Assembly: GCA_051362555.1 (NCBI GenBank) | Contig: CM120646.1 | Span: 9,672,001 to 9,736,000 of the forward strand | Reading direction: 5' to 3' | Origin: Lingula anatina | Taxonomy: Eukaryota; Animalia; Brachiopoda | Length of the DNA: 64,000 nt | Shown: piece after piece, positions 13,351 to 25,560 of the stretch | Layout of the letters: each line of letters begins with the position of its first letter | Position numbering within the stretch: the first letter of the stretch is position 1 | The notes under the pieces: generated by a model | The model's database searches: none | The model's input: the letters and a program-made list of their open reading frames with translations, nothing else | What the model was told of the DNA's origin: nothing | Position numbers and translations under genes: made by a program

Positions 13351-14434
13351 CTTTTGATGAACTTTTGATATATTTTTTTGCATATTTTGAAAATTCTTGT
13401 TGATTGCATTTTTACAGCTTGTCAAGCAAAAGACTGGTGGCTGTGTCCCTTATTTTGTGTATGTGGGGGTCTATATGAATGCGCTTGCTCCAGCTGGTGG
13501 TACAATATTCTGAGGCGGTATCGCCTCTTTGATCCTCTAGTTAGATGTTATGAAATTGAAAAAAAAATATTGTAGGTAATTCTCACTCTCAAATACAAAA
13601 TGTCAAACAACTACAATTCTGTCACACACTGTCAACTGTCAAACTTATCACAGATTTTTATTATTGTTAAGCATCATCTCTCTAAATTTCACAAATATTG
13701 AACTAGTTTTGTGAAAATTATTAACGTTTAACTATTTTAAGGCACCGCCTTTTGCAGTCTTCTCAGTGTCATTTTCAATTTTCTCAAATTTATTGTCCAA
13801 AAAAATCTTTTTAATGAGACACAGTCAACTGACGAGCTTATCACAGATTTTTATTGTTGTTATGCATCATCTATCCAAATTTCACAAATATTAGACAAGA
13901 TTTGTGAAAATTATTAAGGTTTAACTATTTTAAGCCATGGAATTTTGCAGTCTTTTCAATGTCATTTTCAGTTTTTTCACATTTATATGCTCTGAAAATT
14001 CTTTTTCATGAAACACATTCAACTGATGAGCTTATCACAGATTTTTATTATTGTTATGCATCATCTGTCCAAATTTCAAAAATATTGGACAAGATTTGTG
14101 AAAATTATTAACATTTAACTATTTTAAGGCACCGCATTTTGCAGTCTTTTCAATGTCATTTTCAGTGTTCTTAATTTTATTGTCCAAAAAAATATTTTTA
14201 TGAGACACAGTCAACTGTTGAGCTTATCACAGATTTTTATTGTTGTTATGCATCATCTGTCCAAACTTCACAAATATTAGACAAGATTTGTGAAAATTAT
14301 TAACGTTTAACTATTTTATACCATGGAATTTGGCAGTCTTTTCAATGTCATTTTCAGTTTTCTCACATTTATATGCTCTGAAAAATGTTTTCCATGAGAT
14401 ACATTCAACTGATGAGCTTATCACAGATTTTTAT

Positions 14435-16380
14435 TATGTACAGACACAGATGTGTCTGTACATATTGCCATCACCTGCGTCTGTCGTCGCCGATCATGTC
14501 GCCGTCGCCGTCGCCGTGCACTTTTAGTGATAACACCATAAGTGGAAGACAGTTTTACTTTTTGGCTTTATATTTACAGAGCTGACTAATATTCATAAAA
14601 CGCAGGTCAAGTTCGAAAATCAGCATGATTGGGCCATTATTGTAGAATTTATGCTGTTTTTTTCACTTTTCAGCATATATGCAACACTGTTAACACATTT
14701 CAAGGAAAAGCGATAGGCCTGTTGTCATGAAACTCACAGGAGTAATCAGTCTTACTAAAACGCAGATTAAGTTCGAAAATCGGCATGATCGGGCCACTAT
14801 ATTAGTAGTTATGCTGTTTTTTCACTTTTCAGCATATATGCAACACTGTTAACACATTTCAAGGAAAACCGATAGACCTGTTGTCATGAAACTCACAGGA
14901 GTAATCAATCTTACTAAAACGCAGGTCAAGTTCGAAAATCGGCATGATCGGGCCACTATTTTACTAGTTATGCTGTTTTTTACACTTTTCAGCATATATG
15001 CAACACTGTAAACACAATACAAGAAAAACAGATGGGCCAATTGTCATGAAAGTCACAGGAGTGGTCAATTTTACTAAAATGCAGGTTGAGTTCGTAAATC
15101 AGCATAATCGTGCCATTTTTTTAGAAGGTATGCTGTTTTTTCACATTTCCTCAGATTCAATTTTTAGGCATGTTAACAGTCTCATTATTAAACTAATAAG
15201 ATACGTGAAAGTGTTTGTTTGACATTTCCTACATCTTTACAACATTGTTAGTTGATTTTGTAAAAATGATGGTAAACATGTTATTGTGTATTGTGTAATA
15301 AAGTTTCAAAAATGGAAATAAACTCATATCATTGCAGTTTGTCAGATTCAATCATTCACTATGTTCAGAATCTCAGAATGGAAGCAATTGGACATTTAAC
15401 ACTGCTCTATTGATATTTTTCTCATCTCATCAATTTTCTTAGTTGATCATATAAAAATGGCAGTAAACTGTTAATTTTGTTTTATGTTAAAAATTGTTAT
15501 AAATGGGGAAAAAAACATTTAAGAACAGTGCTGTCTTGTTTACATTTTGGCATTTTCAAGTTGTGACTTTGAAGTTCCATGGGCCTGAAGACCTTTGCTA
15601 GTCACATTTTCTGAATATCCATGATACTAATATTTTATTATTAAAAATTGATGGTCATTATGCTGTTAAACATTATGTAATATTGCATCAAAATTTGAAA
15701 AAAACCTATTTTGGGCACTGCTCCCATGATTACCTTTTAAGAAAAACCATGTCACTTACTGTTCTCAAACTTACAGGAAAGAAACATGGGACTAAAATAC
15801 AGCTTCAGTAGGCAATGCAATCTGCCAGTTAAACAGTTTTTTGTGAAAATTTAATTTTTCACATATTGGCATTTTCAAGGTGTGACTTTGAAGTTCCACA
15901 GGCTTGAAGACCCAGGCTAGTCACATTTTCTGAAAATCCATGATACATATATTTTGTTATTAAAAATTGATTGTCATTATGCAGTTAACCATTATGTAAT
16001 ATTGCATCAGAATAGAAGAAAACACAATTTTGGGTGCTGCTGCCATGATGACCATTATGGGAAAACCATGTTACTTATGATTGCCAAACTTTCAAAAAAG
16101 AAATACAGGACTAAAATGCAGCCTAAGTTGGAAAAGCAGTCTAATTGACTTCTTTTTCTGGAAGTTTTACATTTTCAAAGTGTGAACTTGAACTCCCATG
16201 GGCCTGAAGCCTTATGCTTGTTTCACATTTTACTTACATTGGTATTACCTGTTGAGCATAATTAAAATTTGATGTTGAATTTGCAGTTTAACATAATGTA
16301 CTTTTGCATCAGAATTGACAGAAGCCTATTTTGTTATTTCCTGCTTTTTGTCTGTACATTTGACAGCTTTGCTGCCTTGT
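14435..16380 (+). mobile_element. HINE/Helentron-type element, family 2
   Basis: T|T insertion with no TSD (removal restores CAGATTTTTAT|TATTGTTATGC). 5' hairpin TATGTACAGACAC-AGAT-GTGTCTGTACATA and (GTCGCC)n microsatellite. ~160-bp internal repeats x4 (14601, 14761, 14920, 15080) and ~310-bp repeats x3. 3' subTIR TGTCTGTACAT, short hairpin CAGC-TTT-GCTG, end CTTGT. Confidence 0.9.
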
Positions 16381-19300
16381 TATTGTTATGCATCATCTGT
16401 CCAAATTTCACAAATATTAGACAAGATTTGTGAAAATTATTAACTTTTAACTATTTTAAGGCACCGCATTTGGCAGTCTTTTCAATGTCATTTTCAGTAT
16501 TTCTCAAATTTATATGTTCTGAAAATATCCTTTTTATTAGACATAGTCAACTGTTTAGGTTAAGTTTATCAAAATTATTGTTCAACTATTTTAGTGTGGG
16601 AAATTTGTCAATTTTTAGAATTTAGTTTTCACTTTTATCAAACATATTGTTCTTTTTCCAGGTGACCTTTTCCATACAGCGTGATGGCTTTTTTTGGTGA
16701 ACTGATTCTTCCTGTCTGGTCAGGGCTAATTCCTATAGAAAAAACAGACAGCAAAAGACAACAGCAAGAGCAATGCCATGTCTCATCCATGTGTACAATA
16801 TATGGTGTATGGCAAGTTTTAGGACATTGTCAAATGGTGTGCTAAACCTCAATTCCAGAAACCAATTGTAAGGAGGAATCTGCATCTGGTATTGGTAGTA
16901 AGGAGATGTCTTAAATGGGTATATATTCTTTTCCAGAGGAAAATTATGGGTAATTTGTCACCTCTTACACAAACAAACTCAAATCATAATATTTGATGTT
17001 TAATGTGAGTCTAATTAGATGTGAAATTGAAAAAAAAATATTGTAGATAATTCTCACTCTTCGCATACAAAATGTCAAACAACTACAATTCTATCACACA
17101 CTGTCAACTGTTAAACTTATCACAGATTTTTGTTATTGTTAAGCATCATCTCTCCAAATTTCACAAATAATGAACTTGTTTTCTGAAAATTATTAACGTT
17201 TAACTATTTAAGGCACCGCCTTTTGTAGTCTTCTCAGTGTCATTTTTAATTTTCTCAAATTTATTGTCCAAAAAAATCTTTTTAATGAGACACAGTCAAC
17301 TGATGAGCTTATCACAGATTTTTATTGTTGTTATGCATCATTTATCCAAATTTCACAAATATTAGACATGATTTGTGAAAATTATTAACATTTAACTATT
17401 TTAAGGCACCGCATTTGGCAGTCTTTTCAATGTCATTTTCAGTATTTCTCAAATTTATATGTTCTGAAAATATCCTTTTTATTAGACATAGTCAACTGTT
17501 TAGGTTAAGTTTATCAAAATTATTGTTCAACTATTTTAGTGTGGGAAATTTGTCAATTTTTAGAATTTAGTTTTCACTTTTATCAAACATATTGTTCTTT
17601 TTCCAGGTGACCTTTTCCATACAGCGTGATGGCTTTTTTTGGTGAACTGATTCTTCCTGTCTGGTCAGGGCTAATTCCTATAGAAAAAACAGACAGCAAA
17701 AGACAACAGCAAGAGCAATGCCATGTCTCATCCATGTGTACAATATATGGTGTATGGCAAGTTTTAGGACATTGTCAAATGGTGTGCTAAACCTCAATTC
17801 CAGAAACCGATTGTAAGGAGGAATCTGCATCTGGTATTGGTAGTAAGGAGATGTCTTAAATGGGTATATATTCTTTTCCAGAGGAAAATTATGGGTAATT
17901 TGTCACCTCTTACACAAACAAACTCAAATCATAATATTTGATGTTTAATGTGAGTCTAATTAGATGTGAAATTGAAAAAAAAATATTGTAGATAATTCTC
18001 ACTCTTCGCATACAAAATGTCAAACAACTACAATTCTATCACACACTGTCAACTGTTAAACTTATCACAGATTTTTGTTATTGTTAAGCATCATCTCTCC
18101 AAATTTCACAAATATTGAACTTGATTTCTGAAAATTATTAACGTTTAACTATTTAAGGCACCGCCTTTTGTAGTCTTCTCAGTGTCATTTTTAATTTTCT
18201 CAAATTTATTGTCCAAAAAAATCTTTTTAATGAGACACAGTCAACTGATGAGCTTATCACAGATTTTTATTGTTGTTATGCATCATTTATCCAAATTTCA
18301 CAAATATTAGACATGATTTGTGAAAATTATTAACATTTAACTATTTTAAGGCACCGCATTTGGCAGTCTTTTCAATGTCATTTTCAGTATTTCTCAAATT
18401 TATATGTTCTGAAAATATCCTTTTTATTTGACATAGTCAACTGTTTAGGTTAAGTTTATCAAAATTATTGTTCAACTATTTTAGTGTGGGAAATTTGTCA
18501 ATTTTTAGAATTTAGTTTTCACTTTTATCAAACATATTGTTCTTTTTCCAGGTGACCTTTTCCATACAGCGTGATGGCTTTTTTTGGTGAACTGATTCTT
18601 CCTGTCTGGTCAGGGCTAATTCCTATAGAAAAAACAGACAGCAAAAGACAACAGCAAGAGCAATGCCATGTCTCATCCATGTGTACAATATATGGTGTAT
18701 GGCAAGTTTTAGGACATTGTCAAATGGTGTGCTAAACCTCAATTCCAGAAACCGATTGTAAGGAGGAATCTGCATCTGGTATTGGTAGTAAGGAGATGTC
18801 TTAAATGGGTATATATTCTTTTCCAGAGGACAATTATGGGTAATTTGTCACCTCTTACACAAACAAACTCAAATCATAATATTTGATGTTTAATGTGAGT
18901 CTAATTAGATGTGAAATTGAAAAAAAAATATTGTAGATAATTCTCACTCTTCGCATACAAAATGTCAAACAACTACAATTCTATCACATACTGTCAACTG
19001 TTAAGCTTATCACAGATTTTTGTTATTGTTAAGCATCATCTCTCCAAATTTCACAAATATTGAACAAGTTTTGTGAAAATAATTAACGTTTAACTATTTT
19101 AAGGCACCGCCTTTTGCAGTCTTCTCAGTGTTATTTTTAATTTTCTCAAATTTATTGTCCAAAAAAATCTTTTTAATGAGACACAGTCAACTGATGAGCT
19201 TATCACAGATTTTTATTGTTGTTATGCATCATCTATCCAAATTTCACAAATATTAGACAAGATTTGTGAAAATTATTAACGTTTAACTATTTTAAGCCAT

Positions 19301-21750
19301 GGAATTTTGCAATCTTTTCAATGTCGTTTTCAGTTTTCTCACATTTATATGCTCTGAAAAATGTTTTTCATGAGACACATTCAACTGATGAGCTTATCAC
19401 AGATTTTTATTATAGTTAAGCATCATCTCTCCAAATTCCACAAATATTGGACAACATTTGTGAAAAATATTTATGTTTAACTATTTTATACCATGGAATT
19501 TTGCAGTCTTTTCAGTGTCATTTTCAGTTTTGTCAAATTTATATGCTCTGAAAATTCTTTTTCATGAGACACATTCAACTGATGAGCTTATCACAGATTT
19601 TTATTATTGTTATGCATCATCTGTCCAAATTTCACAAATATTGAACAAGATTTGTGAAAATTATTAACGTTTAACTATTTTAAGGCACCACATTTTGCAG
19701 TCTTTTCAATGTCATTTTCAGTTTTCTCAATTTTATTGTCCAAAAAAACTTTTTCATGAGACACAGTCAACTGATGGGCTTATCACAGATTTTTATTGTT
19801 GTTATGCATCATCTATCCAAATTTCACAAATATTAGACAAGATTTGTGAAAATTATTAAGGTTTAACTATTTTAAGGCACCGCATTTGGCAGTCTTTTCA
19901 ATGTCATTTTCAGTATTTCTCAAATTTATATGTTCTGAAAATATCCTTTTTATTTGACATAGTCAACTGTTTAGGTTAAGTTTATCAAAATTATTGTTCA
20001 ACTATTTAAGTGTGGGAAATTTGTTAATTTTTAGAATTTAATTTTCACTTTTATCAAACATATTGTTCTTTTTCCAGGTGACCTTTTCCATACAGCATCA
20101 TGGCTTTTTTGGTGAACTGATTCTTCCTGTCTGGTCAGGGCTTATTCCTATAGAAAAAACAGACAGCGAAAGGCAATAGCAAGAGCAATGCTATGTCTCA
20201 TCCATGTGTACAATAGATGGCATATGGCAAGCTTTAGGACATTGTCAAATGGTGTGCTAAACCCTATTCCAGAAACCGATTGTAAGGAGGAATCTGCATC
20301 TGGTATTGGTAGTAAGGAGATGTATTAAATGGGTATATATTCTTTTCCAGAGGAAAATTATGGGTAATTTGTCACCTCTTACACAAACAAACTCAAATCA
20401 TAATATTTGATGTTTAATGTGAGTCTAATTACATGTTGTGAAATTGAAAAAAAAAATGTAGATTATTCTCACTCTTCGCATACAAAATGTCAAACAACTA
20501 CAATTCTATCACATACTGTCAACTGTTAAGCTTATCACAGATTTTTGTTATTGCTAAGCATCATCTGTCCAAATTTCACAAATATTGAACAAGTTTTGTG
20601 AAAATAATTAACGTTTAACTATTTTAAGGCACCACCTTTTGCAGTCTTCTCAGTGTTATTTTTAATTTTCTCAAATTTATTGTCCAAAAAAATCTTTTTA
20701 ATGAGACACAGTCAACTGATGAGCTTATCACAGATTTTTATTGTTGTTATGCATCATCTATCCAAATTTCACAAATATTAGACAAGATTTGTGAAAATTA
20801 TTAACGTTTAACTATTTTAAGCCATGGAATTTTGCAATCTTTTCAATGTCGTTTTCAGTTTTCTCACATTTATATGCTCTGAAAAATGTTTTTCATGAGA
20901 CACATTCAACTGATGAGCTTATCACAGATTTTTATTATAGTTAAGCATCATCTCTCCAAATTCCACAAATATTGGACAACATTTGTGAAAAATATTTATG
21001 TTTAACTATTTTATACCATGGAATTTTGCAGTCTTTTCAGTGTCATTTTCAGTTTTGTCAAATTTATATGCTCTGAAAATTCTTTTTCATGAGACACATT
21101 CAACTGATGAGCTTATCACAGATTTTTATTATTGTTATGCATCATCTGTCCAAATTTCACAAATATTGAACAAGATTTGTGAAAATTATTAACGTTTAAC
21201 TATTTTAAGGCACCACATTTTGCAGTCTTTTCAGTGTCATTTTCAGTTTTGTCAAATTTATATGCTCTGAAAATTCTTTTTCATGAGACACATTCAACTG
21301 ATGAGCTTATCACAGATTTTTATTATTGTTATGCATCATCTGTCCAAATTTCACAAATATTGAACAAGATTTGTGAAAATTATTAACGTTTAACTATTTT
21401 AAGGCACCACATTTTGCAGTCTTTTCAATGTCATTTTCAGTTTTCTCAATTTTATTGTCCAAAAAAACTTTTTCATGAGACACAGTCAACTGATGGGCTT
21501 ATCACAGATTTTTATTGTTGTTATGCATCATCTATCCAAATTTCACAAATATTAGACAAGATTTGTGAAAATTATTAACGTTTAACTATTTTAAGCCATG
21601 GAATTTGGCAGTCTTTTCAATGTCATTTTCAGTATTTCTCAAATTTATATGTTCTGAAAATATCCTTTTTATTAGACATAGTCAACTGTTTAGGTTAAGT
21701 TTATCAAAATTATTGTTCAACTATTTTAGTGTGGGAAATTTGTCAATTTT

Positions 21751-22122
21751 TATCTATGCCCATAGATACTACCAAACTTGAATAAGAACTCATATGTTGA
21801 CACTCTTCCTGTGACCTTGAATTTGACCTTTGACCTACCTTTAGCCATGAAGCGCACTTTCCAAATTTCCAAGCTCTGATATATACGCAATTGATGGGAA
21901 GTCCTATATCCTCATTCTTACTGCAGCCTTGAATTTGAACTTTACTTCTCCCCACAATTTGTTATAAATTGTAATACATGTATTCTTCAAAAAATTGAGA
22001 ACTGTCGTTTACTGTATTTACTGTACTGGAGGTGGTTTCCCTTTTTTGTTTCTATAAGAGTGTGCTTACTCCAGCTGGTAGTACAAAACCCGGAGGCTGT
22101 ATCCCCTCTCTGACCCTCTAGT
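21751..22122 (+). mobile_element. 5'-truncated, diverged copy of HINE family 1 (3' end)
   Basis: Degenerate array unit GTGACCTTGAATTTGACCTTTGACCTAC, then GCTTACTCCAGCTGGTAGTACAA...GAGGCTGTATCCCCTC...CCCTCTAGT, matching 13480-13541. Confidence 0.8.
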
Positions 22123-22910
22123 TTTCACCTTTCTCAAATGAATTGTGCAAAAAAAAAAAAAAACTTCAATTACACATAGCAGATTAACTTGTTTTTTTTT
22201 TTTAACTTAAGTGGTATATATTTCACAAACTTTGGACTAGATTTGTCAAAATCATTAACTTTTAACTATTTTTATCCATGGAATTTCCAGTTTTTTAATA
22301 GTTGTTATCAGTTTTCTTAAATATGTTGTCCTAAATATTAATTTCATTACATACAGTTAACTGATCAGCTTATTTTAGATTATTTCAGTTGCTAATTAAG
22401 CCACAGTTGTACAAGTTTTACAAGCATGACAGTACATCTGGCAGACTTATTAACGTTTAACTATTTTAATCTGTTGAATTTAGCAGTTTTTTAAATGTAA
22501 TTTGCACTGTTTTAAAAATGTTTTTTTACAAATATGCAGTTACACAGTCATCAGTAATCACACAGTGTAACTGATGAGTTATCACATTTCTATTGCTGTT
22601 AAGCAGCATTTGTACAAGTATAACAAATAATGGACTAAATTTGTCAAAATTATTAATGCTTAACAATTGTAAGCCATGTAATTTGCCAGTTTTTAAATGC
22701 AATTATGAAATATAAAAGTTTTTCATGATACACAATCAACTGATAAGCTTATTTCAGATTTATACAGTTGTTAAGCTTCAGTTGTACAAATGTCACAACC
22801 ATTGGACTTGATATGTCATTATTATTAATATTCATCAGAATTTGCCAGTCTAGTTTTCACTTTTCTCAAAAATTCACTTCAATTACACACATTCAACAGA
22901 TAAGCTTACC
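22122..22910. repeat. Degenerate terminal monomers of the 193-bp satellite (~4 units)
   Basis: Diverged motifs: TTAACTTTTAACTATTTT..CCATGGAATTT (22255), TTAACGTTTAACTATTTT (22450), CAACTGATAAGCTTAT (22737). Confidence 0.85.
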
Positions 22911-23431
22911 TCAATCATAATCAAGTTGCTCTTTCTAGACTGAAACACAGATGTAGGTCTAACGTTTAAAAACCAACCTTATTAGATTTTTGTTCACATA
23001 CACCTGTACATACATGTACACTGTAGATTCATGTGTGGACATACAAAGACGTAGATGTCATATACAGCTACAATATGTTGATAGCATAATGTGATAGGTA
23101 CTTATTGCAACAGAGACGATCATATTTTCCTCCAGGTGGCGTTATAGTACTGCCCAGTTTGTCAAACATGGCGAAAACTGTTCAGATAAAAGCAGTGGAC
23201 CAATTTAGAATCGCCATTGACCTACATAATATTATTTCATTTCGGGTGTTTTCTTCTGGTTTCTTTTTGAAATATATTTAACACAAATGCACTATATATA
23301 TACATTCTGATTTTAGTAAATTTTTATCAAGTTTTGTTCGTCAGATAAGGGTGAGGGTTGGACAGAAAAGCTTTAGCCCCTCCCCCATAAAGTAAATTGA
23401 ACCTACTCTCTGGGAAGAGTTGTTACACCTT

Positions 23432-23665
23432 ACGTGATAAGGGAGTGGATGCGAGGCGGTGTGGAAACTAAGTATACGAATATTTATGTTTTAACCTATT
23501 CAGTATAACGTTTCAATGTATCAGTGTTAGGGATTTAATGTTCACTTATTTGTAATTTATTTTATAAGAAGTACTGTGACGCGTGCATGCATAAAAATGG
23601 CTTGACCACTCCCCAGTGTTTCCCCCACAACATTTTGCTTCCTCCATTACTTCACCTTATCACGT
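23432..23665. mobile_element. Possible small MITE relic
   Basis: 11-bp inverted repeat ACGTGATAAGG / CCTTATCACGT; no clear TSD. Confidence 0.3.
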
Positions 23666-25394
23666 CCTATGGAAATGACAATTATTTCGAACTTCGTTAG
23701 TAGAAAAGGTATCGTCAGTTAAAGACGTACCAGGAGTATATTTATAAGAAGCAGACAAAAAGGGGAAAGGCTGTGGAATCTCACATTTAAATCCCTATTT
23801 ATTTACTTTTGTAAATATTTGTAGTAAGCGTTTGGAGGTTGAAATAAAAAGAGCGTAACATACAGTAGGTACACTGTATAAGTATTACACTTCCATTTCT
23901 AATTTTGGCACGATTTCACTAGTCCAGTTGTACTATTTCAGGCCGTTGAATATAAGTTGAATTATAGCTACTGTAGTAGACTGTACAGATTTTTGTGTGA
24001 CGGGAGCTTTAAAAATTGTGGGTTCACTGACCAACAATGTCAACCCTTCAAGGCATAGTGGGCGAACTGATAGCGCAAAATTCTGTTTCAATCAAATGTT
24101 AATCGTTCTGTCGATACCTTTAAAGTAAAGCATTGGGTACTAGAAACATGGCATGTCTAAGACTGATACAGGTTTATTGGTCGTCAGATACAGGTTTGGT
24201 TTATTTCAGTAAAGATATCTGCCCCTTATGCCTTTCAACGTGCTTTATTCTCGTAAGACCTTCATTAAACAACATGACTTTTCTGTTCTGCATGCGTCAG
24301 AGAAAAGTGCACATGAAATCAGCGGCCCTGGGAGATTGTTGGTTATTATACACGCGACCAAGAAAGTTTGGAAACGTGACATTGTTTTTCAATAATAAAA
24401 AAATGTAGTGTGTTGGGAAAATCTTCTGTGGTAGTAAAGATTAACAAATGGTCGGTTCATTATCCAACAATATTTGGTTAAAATATTTACCATAAATAAT
24501 AATAATTATTCTATAACTATTCAAAATAACGATGTTTCCGAACTTTTTAGGGCGAAAGTACCAGCAAGGTAGCGAGTGGTGACTTGGCGTTACGTTGTCG
24601 TGCGAATAAAGTATGCACAAATATGGAAACTTTTGATCGTCCAGATCATCATTTTTTTTCATAAGACGAAAGTGAATATTTTGAAAGATCACTTGGAACT
24701 AACAACAATTTACTGATATATTTTCCCAACAGCGATTTTCATGAAATGTCCTTTTTCCACGTTTTATGCTATGGTAATAATAAATCATTTGATGAACTGC
24801 TTGATATCTCTTTAATTACTGTCAATTTCTCAAATTTGTTTTGAATTTTTTTAAATGCTTGTACATATTGATAACAACAAACCATAAACGAGTAGTTAAG
24901 TTGACCGTTTATTGGTGAAATGTAATACATTTGTTGTATATGTTACACCTTTGAGATATAAATTTGTCTTACATGCATGTTTTACGTGTCTCAAAGTGAT
25001 TAAGTAGTGATTTAAGTGTTCTTAAACTTGGTAGTTTTACAATAAAATGCTTAAAAATAATTAATACGTAGTTATTTGGCACTGAATAAAGACTTTCCAA
25101 GTATACAAAATGTCTCAGTTATTTCTTTGACAGTTGCGTTTCTCAGCGGCACCCTGGGGTTGGGGTTCGACCTTGGCTTACGTTTCTAAAATTTCTTTAA
25201 TGTTTTGGGATTTTTATTAGAAGTTTACTTTGGTTACTACAATAATTTCATTGACTCAGTGGTACCCCTCGGGTTTGGGTTCGTTTCCTGGTCCGGGTAC
25301 TTGGAAATCATTGAATACTTTTCAAGGGTTTTACAGAAATTTCCCTTTGGTTACTATAAGAAGAAAGTCTTCCCGAGGAGGGTGGGTGGGAACA

Positions 25395-25560
25395 CTTAGA
25401 GGAGTAGGTAACGCGCTTGCCTCTGAGTCGGAAAGTCCCAAGTTCGAAACCTGGCGCTCCTGGGTCCCAGCAAATTACCTTTTGCAAAAAAATTCAAATA
25501 AGCAAGATATCTAATACAAGAGGCTCTTTAGGTAAGACGACAGACCTGTGCACTGGAGAA
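25395..25560 (+). mobile_element. tRNA-derived SINE relic (Pol III head)
   Basis: A-box-like TAGAGGAGTAGGTA; T-arm/B-box CCAAG-TTCGAAA-CCTGG at ~25438-25454; no intact acceptor stem or cloverleaf. Confidence 0.55.

Larger units (their letters stand above)
10652..13541 (+). mobile_element. Helentron-associated non-autonomous element (HINE/DINE-1-like), family 1, with central tandem array
   Basis: Inserted at T|T with no TSD (removal restores CTAAT|TAGATG). 5' subTIR TTGTACCACCGGC with adjacent inverted copy GCTGGCGGTAC, then a GC-rich microsatellite-like stretch. 3' subTIR GCTGGTGGTACAA, hairpin GAGGCG-GTAT-CGCCTC, terminus CTAGT. Confidence 0.88.
1..21750. repeat. Complex satellite array: ~192-195-bp monomers plus an interspersed cassette, in variable higher-order repeats; continues beyond the left edge
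   Basis: The monomer GTCAACTGATGAGCTTATCACAGATTTTTATT...AAATTTCACAAATATTAGACAAGATTTGTGAAAATTATTAACGTTTAACTATTTTAAG recurs at 192-195 bp spacing (e.g. 5261/5454/5649; 9693/9885). Higher-order periods of 1347 (1442->2789), 945 (16662->17607->18552) and 1525 bp (19473->20998). Confidence 0.97.

Noticed and set aside
9498-21192. 64-aa ORFs MFNYFIPWN... (9498, 19473, 20998)
   Set aside because: Each is one satellite monomer variant that happens to be open; other monomers are not.
1-21750. CRISPR-like array (palindromic repeats at regular spacing)
   Set aside because: The sequence between dyads is itself repeated, not unique spacers; the period is ~193 bp; no cas genes; the context is eukaryotic.
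25395-25465. Functional tRNA gene
   Set aside because: Only the T-arm and a weak A-box are recognisable; no acceptor stem pairing.
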